A DNA stretch of 64,000 nucleotides from Octopus vulgaris (GCA_951406725.2 OX597823.1:63736001-63800000), one strand, 5' to 3'. Counted from the stretch's first letter, positions 12,620 through 26,043 are shown. The notes: a model not told the origin generated them from the sequence alone. Made by a program: numbers and translations.

Positions 12620-15075
12620 TATGAAAAGTGGCTGAAAGATTTAAGCATGAGGGTATAAAATTACCACAAGATGATATCATGAGATCACTAAGAAATTGAG
12701 AGATTCAAGTACCTAGGGATGCTGCAAGACAATAGGACAATTGAAGGAGTAATGAGAACATCTCCTAAGAGTACATGCAAAGGATAAGTAAGATGCTTGA
12801 AGCAAAATGAAATGGAGGGAATATTCTTGTCTACTCTAGGCACAAGGCCTGAAATTTTGGGGGAGGGGGCCAGTTGATTAGATTGATCCCAGTACGCAAC
12901 TAGTACTTAATTTATCGATCCCGAAAGGATGAAAGGCAAAGTCAACCTTGGTGGAATTTGAACTCAGAACATAAAGCCAGACAAAATACCTGCTAAGCAT
13001 TTCACCTGGTGTGCTAACGTTTCTTATTTCTTTATTGCCCACAAGGGGCTAAACATAGAGGGGACAAACAAGGACAAACAAAAGGATTAAGTCGATTACA
13101 TCAATCCCAGTGTGTAACTGATACTTAATTTATCGACCCCGAAAGGATGAAAGGCAAAGTCAACCTTGGCAGAATTTGAACTCAGAACGTAAAGACAGAC
13201 GAAACACCGCTAAGCATTTCGCCCGGCATGCTAACGTTTCTGCCAGCTCGCTGCCTTAAATTGAGAGAATATTATCAAAGCAATGAATGAATACACAGGC
13301 CATGTCTGGATTAAGCTATTTTACTCCGTTTTTAAAAAAAGACAAAGATAAAGCTACAGAAATTAGAACTAGGAAGCTGTTGACAATGTAACGCATTAAA
13401 AGTAATATTGGCAGACTCTACCTAGCATAAAAAAAAAAAAACACAGAAGACACCATAAATATTGTGATACTGGGTTTAGAAAAACTTTGTTGTATGTATG
13501 AATAAAAAATACCATTGGCAGCTAGAAATATCAAAATAAGCTACAGAAACAGTAGGAGACTTTGAGAACAGAAGGATTAATAACAAATAGCTAACAGAAT
13601 AAGGAAATTAGATGTGAAGAATGCTGGCAGTGACTGGAAGATAGAAAACTGAAACAAGAAAATGAATCATTAATTATAGCTGCTCAGGTGCAAGCCAGTC
13701 ATACAAATTTGGAAAAAGCAAAGTTTGATAAAACTCAGAGAGCAAATGCAAAATCTGAGGAAAAGGAGATGAAGAAATTTTTTTCACCAACTCTGGGTGA
13801 AAGCAGAAGGCTAGCACAAAAAAGTGTATAAGCACAGGTGTGAGTGTATTGGTAAAAGTGTGCAGTGGGATGTTAGCTGAGTGAGTGGATTTCAAGAGTA
13901 TGAACATGAGCCAGAGGGTATTATGGTAAGTAATAATTACAGGGTGAAGGCGCATGGCTTAGTGGTTAGAGCATTCGGCTCACGATCGTAAGGTTGTGAG
14001 TTCAATTCTCGGAGACGCATTGTATCCTTGAGCAAGATACTTTATTTCACGTTGCTCTAGCTGGCAAAAATAAGTAGTACCTGTATTTCAACAGGCCAGC
14101 CTTGTCACACCTTGTGTCACGCTGAATCTCCCTGAGAACTATGTTAAGAGTACACGTGTTTGTGGAGTGCTCAGCCACTTACACGTTAATTTCATGAGCA
14201 AGCTGTTCCATTGATCGTATCAGCTGGGACCCTCATCGCTGTAACCGACGGAGTGCTCCTACTACCTACCTAATAATTACAGGACTTAATGAGACTTCTC
14301 AATAAAGACTGACCATACAACTGAAGCAAGAAGATCAGACATCATTGAAAAAAAAAACAAAAAAGCAAGGAATGTAAGATCATAGGCATAGGAGTGGCTG
14401 TGTGGTAAGTAGCTTGCTTACAAACCACACGGTTCTGGGTTCAGTCCCACTGCATGGCACCTTGGGCAAGTGTCTTCTACTATAGCCTCGGGCCGACCAA
14501 AGCCTTGTGAATGGAATTGGTAGACGAAAACTGAAAGAAGCCCGTCGTATATATGTATGTATATATATGTGTGTGTGTATATGTTTGTGTGTCTGTGTTT
14601 GTCACCCTAATATTGCTTGACAACCGATGCTGGTGTGTTTACATCCCCGTAACTTAGCGGTTCGGCAAAAGAGACCGATAGAATAAGTACTAGGCTTACA
14701 AAGAATAAGTCCTGGGGTCGAGTTGCTTGACTAAAGGCAGTGCTCCAGCATGGCCACAGTCAAATGATTGAAACAAGTAAAAAAGTATAGACTTTGAAAT
14801 GCCACAGAGTGGATATTAAAGAGACTGAGAAACATCAGAACCTAGCCATAGAAATAAAGAGATTGTAGAAGACGAAGATGATAATTGTTCTTATGGTAAT
14901 TGGTCTATCTGGCAAAACACCCAAACCGCTACCCAAGAGATGGAATTATTGGAATTGAGATACAAAGTGTTGAGTTGCAGAAAAATATCATCTTTGTAAG
15001 AATCCTAAGAAAGATTCTTGAGATTTGAGGAGACCTGTTGTCACCAAACCTCAAGACAATCTCCCTAACTAAAGT
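12620..15075 (+). mobile_element. Fragmented RLE-type LINE (same family as 607-985), interrupted by SINE insertions
   Basis: Pieces FKYLGML (~12705), DFSIKTDHTTEARRSDII (~14293) and a 3' end nearly identical to 860-980 (14900-15075). Confidence 0.65.
14385..14785 (+). mobile_element. tRNA-derived CORE-like SINE with internal (TA)/(TG) microsatellite (dominant family)
   Basis: GGAGTGGCTGTGTGGTAAG (A box), GGTTCAGTCCC (B box), CCTTGGGCAAGTG core and AAGTAAAAGAG tail. Other copies: 6277-6694(-), 12060-12470(-), 27058-27462(+), 29215-29568(-), 37219-37618(+), 45066-45490(+), 46155-46886(-, interrupted), 56690-57460(-, interrupted), 63671-64000(+). Confidence 0.85.
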
Positions 15076-15779
15076 AGCATGTAATAGCTTTATAACAACA
15101 ACAGCAACAACCACAATAATAGTAGTTTTAAATTTCAGCACAAGGCCAGTAATTTTAAGAGGGAGGAGCCAACCAATTAACCAAGCCCCAGAACTGAACT
15201 GGTACCTATTTTATTGACGCCAAAATGATGAAAGGTAAAATCAATCTTGACAGAATTTGAATTCAGATTGTAAAGCCAGAAAAATATGTTGCTTAGCATT
15301 TTGTCAAGTGCATGAATGATTCTGCCAGCTCTACTATCTTTGTGATTAGAGAATGGTAAACACCTCCAATATAAAAGAATTAGTAGAAATTGTTTTTGAT
15401 ATGGAAATTATGAAAAATGGGAGAAGGAGAGATGGAAAAGAAGTGAAGAAGAAAGACTGCATGTGTGCAGAATTTGAATATGTGTTCATGTGAGAGGGTG
15501 AGAAGACACGTGTGTGTGTGTGTGTGTGTGTGTGACAAATAAAAGTTGTATACATGTGATAAAAAGAGAGAAAGACAAGCACAAGTTCTGTGCATATATA
15601 TGTATGAGAAAAGAGAGAGGGGGAAAGGAAAGGAGAAGGGGGAGAGGGCGGGAAGGGAGGGGGTAGAGAGAAATAGAAGTGCTGTGTATGTATATGCATG
15701 AAAGAGACAGAGAGAGAAAGGGGAGAGATTGGGGAAAAAATGAGAGGGGAGAGATTGGATAAAAGTGAGAGAGAGAAGA

Positions 15780-15824
<45 letters not shown>

Positions 15825-16043
15825 TGAAAGAATTCTGTGTGCATAAGTAAAACAGAAAGAAAGAGGAATATTATTGAAACAAAGACATATTGACTTATTT
15901 CAATATCTTTTGGATATTGTATTAAACAATGATGATTGGCATGTAACAAATTCCTGTGTATTGGCATCAAATTTCTATGCTGCTTTCCTCCGCAACCTTT
16001 TTTCCTCAACATCCCCTTCCTTAGGCAACATGCATGCACACAT

Positions 16044-16090
<47 letters not shown>

Positions 16091-16734
16091 GTTGGCTCCA
16101 GATAAAAGATAACGTCCACGTATATATGTTTACAGGTAAGACTTCTTTTGTGAAACTAGTTCATGCCAAAACATAGCTAGAACAAGACACAGAGAAAAAT
16201 GAATAAACAAATACGTAGAAACAGATGAAACAAAAAAAACCAAAAAAAAGAGCAAGATGCAAGAACTAAACATAGACAAAAAACAGAAAAATTAAAAGAA
16301 AAATAAAGAAATATATATATATATATATATTTACAAGAACCCACAAAAATGAGCAGACTTTGGTAAATATGTATTTTGTAAACGTTAGCAAATAGCAAGA
16401 TTTATAATTGTTCTTGTAGAACAAAGCAAGAAACAAAATTAAAAGGAGAGGAAGAGAGGTGAGGGCAAATAAAAGAAAATGAAAATAAAAATAGAATTCT
16501 TTTAAAATATAAATCTTTGGGTTCAGAATAAATAGTCTTGTTTTGAGTTTCTATCTGAGGAAAGTTTTGATCAGAATATTTTCAAGTAATTAATACAGTA
16601 CCTATCTTTCTATATATAAAGGCACACACATACAGGGTGGCCCCAAAGTCTTGAAGGTGTTGATAATTCCTTTATGTTTTAAATTTATAATATCTTAGCA
16701 TTATATACAGTGTGTGTGTGTGCATGCATGCATG

Positions 16735-16765
<31 letters not shown>

Positions 16766-17775
16766 ATATATATACATATATATATGACAGGCTTCTTTCA
16801 GCTTCTGCCTACCAGATCTACTCACAAGGCTTTGGTCAGCCCTAGGCTAAAGTAGAAGACACTTTCTCAAGGTACTGGGCAGTAGGACTGAACCCAGAAG
16901 AATGTGGCAAGGTTGTTAGTGGAAGGCCAGGTGTTGCCAATGCATACCAATCTCTCCTCTCCACACCAGTGATATTATCCAAGGGAAAGGCAAGGGGGCC
17001 CGATACAGCTTGACACCAGTGATGTCACAACTCATTTCCACAGCTGAGTGAACTGGAGTAATGTGAAATAAAGTGTATTGCTCAAGAACATGACACACAG
17101 CTCAGTCCAGGAATCGAACTCACTACCTCATGATTGTGAGCCTGACGCTCTAACCACTGAGCCATGCACCTTCACATGTAGCATTTATAGAAATGAAATG
17201 AAATATACTTTGACTGGTAAACTGAAAGAACAGTGACATACATGAGTGTGGGCTGGGGGTAAAGCTCATGCTTCCAATTTGTTCCAACCAATATGTCTCT
17301 TGTAATTTATCAAAGCATACAACAGAAGCACTAAGACACATCAGTAACACTAAAAAACATTCATTCACTAACACACACACATACCAAGAACATTTTCTCT
17401 GAAGGAACACAAGAAATGTCAAACCTAAAAAATATTCAATGAACCAAAGTGTACAATCTATTTCTGAAGACTTACTGCACTCTCTTTCTGTTTACCGCTA
17501 TCACCACCACAAATACCAACAACTCTATCACCACCACCACCACCACCACCACCACTACCCCATCACCACAATATATCAGATTCCAGTGTCCAAGAATTAT
17601 TGTTTTCATAGTAGCACCCTTGACACAAGTGTCATGTAACAATATCAAATTCTATCATTTCATATATATATATGTATATATCTATTATATATGTGTGTGA
17701 GTGTGTATGCATGCATGGATATATATATATATATGTATGTATGTGTGTGTGTGTATATATATATGTGTGTGTGTG

Positions 17776-17806
<31 letters not shown>

Positions 17807-19200
17807 TCTAAACTTTACCTTTAAAGCTGATTATAATTCTACCATTAAAACCACTTAAGAATGGAAGCTTTCAATCACTTTTCAAGATTTTTGTTCTTAC
17901 TTGCTACTTATCAGACTCAGATCTGTATCTAATTTTATCCTTAACATAATCATATTTGTTGTGTGCAAACACACACAAAAACACACACACAAACACACAA
18001 AACAAAAAGAGAAAAACATAAATATAAAAGCTTTCAACTTTAACACACTACTAATCCCATTTAAGTCACCCATTCGCGTGACATTACAGAATAGATCAAC
18101 TAAAACTAATAAAAAGAAAGGAAAAAAAAAACACGTTTTTCTTGAAAGTGAATTGAATTTTCCAACAATTAAAACAGCTTGTGTCAGTCCTAATCTCTAG
18201 ATTTATATAGTGTCGGATCACAAGACAAGATTTACACCTGTATTGAGAATAGGTCTATCACAGGTCAACTCAAATTACAGACAGGTTTTTAACACGGTAT
18301 AATCTTTTGAGGTTGAAAAGACTAACACTAAGCTGTAGCCCTATGAATATTGGCACTCCATCAGTTAGGACGATGAGGGTTCCAATTGATCCATTTGACC
18401 AAACAGCCTATTTGTGAAATTAACACGCAAGTGGCTGAGCACTCCACAGACGTGTGTACCCTTAATGTAGTTCTCAGGTAGATTCAACATGACATAGGAT
18501 GTGACAAGGTGGGCCCTTTGAAACAGAGGTACAACTCATTTTTGCCAGCTGAGTGAACTGGAGCAATGTGAAATAAAGTGTCTTGCTGAAGGACACAACG
18601 AGCCACTGGGAATTGAACTCATGGCCTTATGAATGTGAGCCGAATACCCTAACCACAAAGTCACGTGCCTTCATGAATAAGATGAGAAGAGGAACACTGA
18701 CCCAATAGATAATAACCATGTTGCTTATCTGAAACAAAAATTCTTGCTCTCAAATTCAAAATTTTTTTCTCCTCATAACCACATCAGCATGCACTGTTTA
18801 TGGAGATCAGTAGTTCCCAAAGTGGGTAGTACAGAACCATTGGTGGGGGTCAGAAAGATCGAGGGGAGGGGCATTGAGAAAAATGGGGTGATAATGGGGT
18901 AACCAAAAGGGTGGGCAATGGATGTAAAAAAAAAAAGATAATAGGTTAACTAGCTTAAGTAGTTAAGTTTTATTTGCAAAATACGGTTGTTTTGAATTTG
19001 TTGTTGAAAGTGGTTGGTGTTTATAGTGGTAAGTGGAGTGGGGGACACTAGGAACGTGGCCTGGATGCCAAGTGGGTGGCAGTCTGTAAAAGTTTGGGAA
19101 CCACCAATGTAGATGTTCCAGGTAGCAATAAGTTTCCATTTAGTCATTTAATAATGCTCAATGTCATCAGTCAACAAATCTCCCACAAGAAAACAACTTA

Positions 19201-20491
19201 CGAGGGACGTTCAATAAGTAATGCCTCTGACCCACTTGCAGTTGTTTGATCTAGCTGAAATTTTGCATGTGCAATCATTTATATCTCTATAGAGTATGTG
19301 GCAAATTACAGCTCTGAATTAATTGTGGTTTCTGATTTACAGGTGTTTGAACCGAGTCAAGTGTGAAATGGAGCCTGTTGAGTGTCGAGCAGTGATCCGG
19401 TTTTTGTATTTGAAAGGACGCACACCACGGGAGACTTTTGATGAAATGAAAGTAACTTATGGTGATGATGCCCCATCATATGACCTTGTAAAACGCTGGC
19501 ATCGTGAATTCAAACATGGTCAGAACTCTGTGGAAACAGCTCCCAGATCTGGTCGCCCCCTTCTGCCATTGATGAGGCATCTGTCCGTCAAGTTGAGGCT
19601 GCCATTTTGGAAGATCGACGCATAATTATTCGCCAAATAGCCCATGAGGTCAAGATTAGTACCGCGTCTGTGGAAACTATCATTCATGACCATTTGCATA
19701 TGCAAAAGGTGTCTGCCAGATGGATTCCCAGGTTGCTCACGCGTTTCCAGAAGCAAGAACGCGTCGAGTGCTCGAGGGTGAATTTGGAGATGTGCCAAGA
19801 AGATGAGTCAAAATTTTTCAAAAGACTGATTACACATGATGAAACCTGGGTCCATCATGATGATCCAGAGACCAAAGCCCAGTCAATGCAGTGGAAGCAC
19901 CGTGACTCACCCCCTCCAAAGAAGGCAAGGGTGCAGCCCTCTGCTGGCAAGGTCATGCTCACAGTCTTCTGGGACCAGGACGGAGTAGTGATGACAGATT
20001 TCCTGGCAAAGGGTACCACAATTGCAGGAGCCTATTATGCTTCACTTTTGAGGAAATTAAGAGAAGTTATCAAAATCAAGAGGCGGGGCAAGATCAGCAA
20101 AGGCATCCTCCTCCTGCAGGACAACGCTCCGGTCCACAACTCGCTTGTCGCCAGATCAGAAGCACAGGCGTATGGCTATGAACTCCTCTCCATCCCCCCT
20201 ACTTTCCTGACCTTGCACCCTCTGATTTTCACCTCTTCCCAATCATGAAGTTGTTTTTGAAAGGAAAGCGTTTCCCAGATGATGCAGCCTTGATTTCTGA
20301 AGTCACGTTCAGGTTGGAGGACCAAGCTGGGTTCTTCTACAAAAACGGTCTCCAGAGCCGCATCAAACGATGGGAGAAATGCGTAACTCTGGGTGGTTCC
20401 TATGTAGAAAAAGACTAATAACTGTGCCAAGTTTCATTGCTCTACTGCTATGGGAAGTGGGTCAGGGGCATTACTTATTGAACGCCCCTTG
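19201..20491 (+). mobile_element. Mariner (DD34D) DNA transposon, full length ~1.29 kb
   Basis: ~33 bp TIRs (CGAGGGACGTTCAATAAGTAATGCC... / ...GGCATTACTTATTGAACGCCCCTTG) flanked by TA on both sides. Confidence 0.95.
19368..20418 (+). pseudogene. Mariner transposase, frameshifted (~19560 and ~20195)
   Basis: MEPVECRAVIRFL, WIPRLL, DETWVH, LLQDNAPVH and PDLAPSDFHLF motifs are spread over successive frames. Stop at 20416-20418. Confidence 0.93.
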
Positions 20492-21149
20492 TATCATCAT
20501 CATCATCAATTTAATGTCTACTGTTCTACGTTTGTTTGGGTTATATGAGATTCCTTGAGGCAGATTTTTCCATGGTTGGATGCTCTTCTTGTTGCAAGCT
20601 AACCCTTGCCTGCTCCCAAGCATGGTAGAATTTTACCTCAGTCCAGACATGATTTCATAGAAGACTGCAAAACAAATGACATTGCTGTATGATGGTGATA
20701 TTTGTCAACAGCCTGTGTGCTGTACCAACACACACACACACACTGGAACTCCTTTGATCAAGGGTTCCAGTTGATAAGATCAACAGAACAACCTGCTCGT
20801 GAAATTAATGTTCAAGTGGTTGAGCATTCCACAGACACACGCACCCTTAACATAGTTATCAGGGAGATTCAGCATGACACAGAATGTGATAAGGTTGGCC
20901 CTTTTGAGATACAAATACAACTCATTTTAAAATAAAGTGTCTTGCTTAAGGGACACAGCCGGGAAGCAAACTCATGGCCTTATGACTGTGAATCATATAC
21001 TCTAACCACTAAGCCATGCACCTTCTCACACACAAAAACAAGCTTCAAAGTGTGGTGCCCCAGTATGACCACAGTACAATGACTAAACCAAATGAAAAAT
21101 AGAAGATGCAAAGTAAAAGAATTCGTATGTGACAATCCAATTTTGAAAA

Positions 21150-21335
21150 AAATAAAAAGTTTTGAATGGTACAACAATGCACTATAATACAAACAATGGG
21201 TGATATACCTGTTGTAATTTCGTCATCCATAGTCTGATGATATTTCGGAATAATATTCCTTCTTCAGATATTCTTAGACGGAGTTGCTGTTATGTCTGTA
21301 TTATAGTGCATTGTTGTACAATTCAAAACTTTTTA
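21150..21335. repeat. Inverted repeat (~40 bp arms) around a decayed hammerhead-like core
   Basis: AAAAGTTTTGAATGGTACAACAATGCACTATAATAC / GTATTATAGTGCATTGTTGTACAATTCAAAACTTTT. Inside, the minus strand reads CTGAAGA-A-GGAA(TATTA)TTCC-GAAA. A related fragment sits at ~60020-60130. Confidence 0.7.
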
Positions 21336-21555
21336 TTCTTTACAAACAATACACAAGGCTTCAAGCAAATTATAACACTCTTCAATTTTGAAAATCCCAC
21401 TTTCACAATTTTTACGAATAATATAAAATAGTCTATGTATATATATATATACCGGAGTAAACACATAAATGTGAAACAAGGTGGAAAAAAGAGTACTCAA
21501 ATACCAGTGGTAGAGTAATATGCTTTATTTTAAGCAGCAGAAAATTCAACAAAAT

Positions 21556-21593
21556 CTGTTACTCTGAGTTTCTCGTTGCCGTTCATCAGACAG
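21556..21593 (-). ncRNA. Minimal hammerhead ribozyme in an IFT88 intron (sense strand), intact core
   Basis: Minus strand: CTGT-CTGATGA-ACG(GCAA)CGA-GAAA-CTC(A)GAG-TA^ACAG. Same family as the 47.7 kb pair, with one stem II mismatch. Confidence 0.78.
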
Positions 21594-21745
21594 TTTTTGC
21601 TAGAATGGAACATATATATTAATTCAATCTATACTCTTACAAACGCTACACCTTTAAAAAGAAATGGACTTGTTTGATTGGCCCTTTAGAAAAAACGGTC
21701 AATCTTCGAGCGATAAACAAAAAGGTATATATATATATACTACAT

Positions 21746-22126
21746 GGAGGCGCAATGGCCCAGTGGTTAGGGCAGCGGACTCGCGGTCATAGGATCGCGG
21801 TTTCAATTCCCAGACCGGGGGTTGTGAGTGTTTATTGAGCGAAAACACCTAAAGCTCCACGAGGCTCCGGCAGGGGATGGTGGTGATCCCTGCTGTACTC
21901 TTTCACCACAACTTTCTCTCACTCTTACTTATTGTTTCTGTTGTACCTGTATTTCAAAGGGCCGGCCTTGTCACTCTCTGTGTCACGCTGAATATCCCCG
22001 AGAACTACGTTAAAGGTACACGTGTCTGTGGAGTACTCAGCCACTTACACGTTAATTTCACGAGCAGGCTGTTCCGTTGATTCGGATCAACCGGAACCCT
22101 CGTCGTCGTAACCGACGGAGTGCTTC
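21746..22126 (+). mobile_element. tRNA-derived SINE, young CpG-rich copy
   Basis: Head GGAGGCGCAATGGCCCAGTGGTTAGGG (A box)...GGTTTCAATTCCC (B box). Reverse copy at ~49776-50091; relatives at 13947-14258(+), 18350-18672(-) and 20740-21025(-). Confidence 0.85.
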
Positions 22127-22165
22127 CATCCATATATACTACATAATGTTGTGGTGATTACTTAC

Positions 22166-22276
22166 CTCGTTATCAAAAATAGGGTTGGCTTCATTATATC
22201 CAGAGTATAAATCATCTTCATCTTCACCAGCTAAATGAATCTGATCCAGGATACCGAGGCGATTATAATTAGACAT
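22166..22276 (-). CDS. IFT88: IFT88 first coding exon (MSNYNRLGILDQIHLAGEDEDDLYSGYNEANPIFDNE)
   Basis: Translation matches the recalled IFT88 N-terminus (human ...VHLAPETDEDDLYSGYNDYNPIYD). CAG acceptor at 22283-22285, so the exon starts at 22282 with ATG at 22276. GTAAG donor at 22161-22165, phase 0. Confidence 0.92.
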
Positions 22277-22439
22277 TAGGGGCTGAAATAGGAAACAAAA
22301 CAGATTCAGTTGTAGGAAAAAAGTGCAATAAGACAAAAAAATAATTGTTTACTGAGAAACATTCTGGGTTCAATATCATGCCTACATATAAATATACATG
22401 TAATCCGTCTTAAAATAACAATTGGGCATTTATTCATGA

Positions 22440-22819
22440 CTAGCAGTATCGCCCGGCGTTGCTCGGGTTTGTAAGGGAAATAACTATAAAGCATTTTTAG
22501 AGAGTTTTAGCCAAAAAATAGCAAAAAAATTGAAAAAAAATTATGGCAAATTTTTTTGAGAGTTAAAAAGGTCGAGTTGCGTTCCCTAGACAGTCTGGTT
22601 TGTGTTTCTGATTCTCGACCCCATGTCGAATTTATCGATTTTTTCAGAACTGGGGGAACTTTTCAAAATTTTCACTGCGTTAGATTTGAATTATGACATT
22701 GGGCTATGTGTGTGTCAAGTTTCATCAGAATCGGTTGAAAGCCGTGGTCAGGGTGAGGGTACAACCTAACAGACACACAGACACGCAGACAGACAAACTG
22801 CCGTTTATATAGAGAGAGA
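22440..22819 (-). mobile_element. Non-autonomous Helitron
   Basis: Minus strand begins 5'-TC and ends with a GC-rich hairpin (CCCGAGCAACGCCGGG) followed by CTAG-3'. Inserted between A and T with no TSD. Confidence 0.85.
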
Positions 22820-23199
22820 TGTGACATTTAGTTGTTAAAGATTGTTACACCAAAGAAGTAAGGACCTTTAACATTTTAGCATTTAAACCGACCATATCAG
22901 GCCAAATTACTCCACCCATTTTATGCTCAAACTGGCCAGGTCTGGCCTCTCCCATCTATCCTAATGTCATTCTAACAATAAACAGTCACATCATCAAAAT
23001 CTCAAAGCAACAAGATAATGTTTGATTAATTCAAAACAATATGGATTAATAAGTATTACATTTGACAGAGTAATCTGAATATTAGAGGGTTAAGAATATG
23101 CAGCTCCCTTTAACAACCAGCCATTATTGAGACATAAATTCCTTAGCTAAAGTAAGCAATTTTTTTTTTTTTTTGGCAGCCATAGGAGGCCATAGAATC

Positions 23200-24088
23200 A
23201 AGAACTAGAGAAGCCATGAAGTACAGAGATTCCACTGACACAAAGGTGGCAGGAACTGGCATTGAAGTTTGCACAAACAGGAAGTGGAGTGCTTCCAAAC
23301 AGCTGTAGGTCACAGAGGAATGGTTGAGGCAGAATGTTCTGGTTAGGACTGTGACAATAGGCCACTCTGTCTTGAATTACTTCCCAACCCACCAGATTGG
23401 AAGCATTAAAGGGAAAGAGCAACATTTCTTCCACGAAGAAATCTGCATAGTTATAGAAGCAAAGGCTAGAGAAGTGGAGGGACCCGGCCAACAAGAAGCA
23501 TGGACAAAGTGGGCCAATATACAGCAATGGAAAATCAGCTGATCAGATCTCTGGTGGACTGACATCAAGCATATTAGATTTCTAATCCAGGCAGTAAAAT
23601 TTTATACATGGGGCAGGAATGAAACACAACTCTGTCCCTTGAGTATTGAAAAGGTGCCTCTTCAAGATCTCTTCAGCAGCTGCCCCAGATCTTTGGCTGG
23701 TGTCTGCTACCATTGGTGGCACAACAAGACACACAACATGATTCTGGAGATGATAATGACAGCTATTCAGTCAAATAAATATCTCCTCAGGAAAGAGGTC
23801 ATCACTTTTCTCAGAGCCAAAGAGAAATTCAGTTCATTGAAACTTCAAGTGACCATTGCGCCTACTTTCCACAGTCCTAGACGGGCAACTGAGAATGGAT
23901 ATTGTGGAATGTTTTGAAGTTTCCAAGCTGCATAGTGCCAACAACACTCCACCCAAACATGGTGGTTTTCTCAAAGTGGTCATGTGAGAACTGACCGTGC
24001 CCTGGGAAGAACACTTGGAGGAAGCTCATGAGAAGAAGCTTGCCAAATACAAGGAATTGGTAGAGCAGTGCAGAAATTGGGGCTTTGG
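23200..24088 (+). mobile_element. Decayed Hero/NeSL-like non-LTR retrotransposon fragment
   Basis: QQEAWTKW, CYHWWHNK, ELTVPWEEHLEEAHEKKLAKYKELVEQCRNWG, typical of the RLE C-terminal region. Confidence 0.7.
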
Positions 24089-26043
24089 ATTTTCTGTAAA
24101 CAAAACATTTATTCAAATTTTCATGTCTTTTGAACTTTATAACAGACACCAAAGAACTATATGTTCAAGAACAAATTCCTACTTGTAGGCTCCAAATCAC
24201 CATCATTTTAACATCCATTTTTGTATACTTACATGGGTCAAGCGTTGTTTATTGAGGCAAATTTTCTAAGACCAGATATCCTTCTTGTCACCAACCTCCA
24301 CCAGTTTCCCAGCATGATAATATTCCCCCCACCCATGGCTGGACATATTCTCCACAAAAGAATATAAATAAACAAAGTCATTTGTATGACAATGATGCTC
24401 ATTTAAAAGCATCATATGACATCAAGTAAGGAGACACTAACATGCACACTCGCTCACACACACATAATAAGCATCTTTAAGTTTTTGTCAACCAAATTCA
24501 CGTACAAGGCTTTGGTCAGTGGAAAGCAATAGCAGAAGACACTTGTCCAAGCTACACTGCAGTTTGGACTGAACCCAGAATCATGCGGTTGGTAAGCAAA
24601 CTTCTTACCATACAGGCATGCCTGCATCTCTAAATATCAATAGAAATTGATACCAAGATATTTGAGTCAATCACTTATGAATAATTGAAAATATTCAGAG
24701 ACTTTCCAATATTTACTGTCTGACCATTATAACATTATGACCTTAGATATTTGTGAAATCATTGAATTTGTCATCACTAAAAGCTAGCTGTGTCTATCAC
24801 TTGTATTCATATCTTCTCAATTAATAAGTCAAAGAGAACACTGGCATAATTCTCGTTTTCTTTGAAACGGCTTCTCAAATATCTGAACTGAAATTACAGA
24901 CACAAATAAAGTAGAAAATGTTAATTATTAAATTAATTGTTGTTTATTGTTAACCTAGCCCTGATTATGGTTGGAAAAAAATGTTTGGAGCCCACAAAAA
25001 TGATTGGTCTAGACTACAACCTGAAAGGTTAAATTCCATTAAAGTAATCAAGTATAGTCTGCTCTCTCGGTAGATTGAATAGGTATACTGTTCAGAAGTT
25101 TAATGGTCTTGCTATCCCACTGCCCTAAACTGGTACTTTATTAACCCCAAATAGTTGAAAGACAAAGTTGACCTCAGAGGGATTTTAACTTGGAGTACAA
25201 AGGTCAGAATAAATACCACAAGATATCTTATCCTATAGTCTAACACCTCTGCTAGACTACAGCAGGATTTGAACTTAGAATACAAAGTTGAACATGTATA
25301 AACAAAGCAACCTATTTTGGTACTCTAATGATTCTACCAGTCCACCATCATAAACTGGCACTTTATTTATTAACCTTGAAAGGATGAAAAACAAAGTCGA
25401 CCATAGTGGTATCCAAATTCAGAATGTAAAGGCCCAAAATAGCACAAAGTATTTCATCCAACACTTTAATGCTTAAATCAATTAATCAATTCTCTGCTTA
25501 AAAGTCAATATTCATCATCATCATTTTTATGTTTACTTTCTCTGGAGGCAAGAGTTGGATGAGTCCTCAAGGCTTAAATCATTTCTTATTGGGAGTCACT
25601 GCTCTCATAGAGAAGTGCTTGTGTATGTCATTCTGCTTGGTCTCTCTATGTTTTGATACCCTGCCCAGTACTCCTAATAAACTGCTTCTCTCATTATGTA
25701 AGAAATTAGCAATCAACAAAACAGTACCATTTACTCAGAACAAAGAATAGGTACACAAGGTGCAGCAAGGTTTTTGGTACATAAAAGCAATCACTTATGA
25801 GGTAGCAAATGTACAGAAGTAGTTATCAGTTAGAATGTCCATGAAATGAAATCCCTAAGCTGTTTCAGACAGCTCACTTGAGGAAAACAAGTAGTTTCTG
25901 TAACTTAGGCCACATAGTTAACTAATGTAGGAAGTGGTTGGAGGGAAAGTACAGTATTTTCATTCCTGTTACCAACCCTCACCTATTTTGAAGCAAGATA
26001 ATATTTCCTTATGGCCAAACATGTTTCCACAGAATATTGGAAA

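Noticed and set aside
13947-14015. tRNA genes (also 21746-21815 and the heads of the dominant SINE family)
   Set aside because: A and B boxes are present but run straight into SINE bodies found in many copies; no clean cloverleaf or terminator.
21301-21322. GTGCATTG (miR-33-like seed) in an inverted repeat
   Set aside because: The rest does not match miR-33, the arms are ~100 bp apart, and the motif recurs at ~60100 as a repeat.
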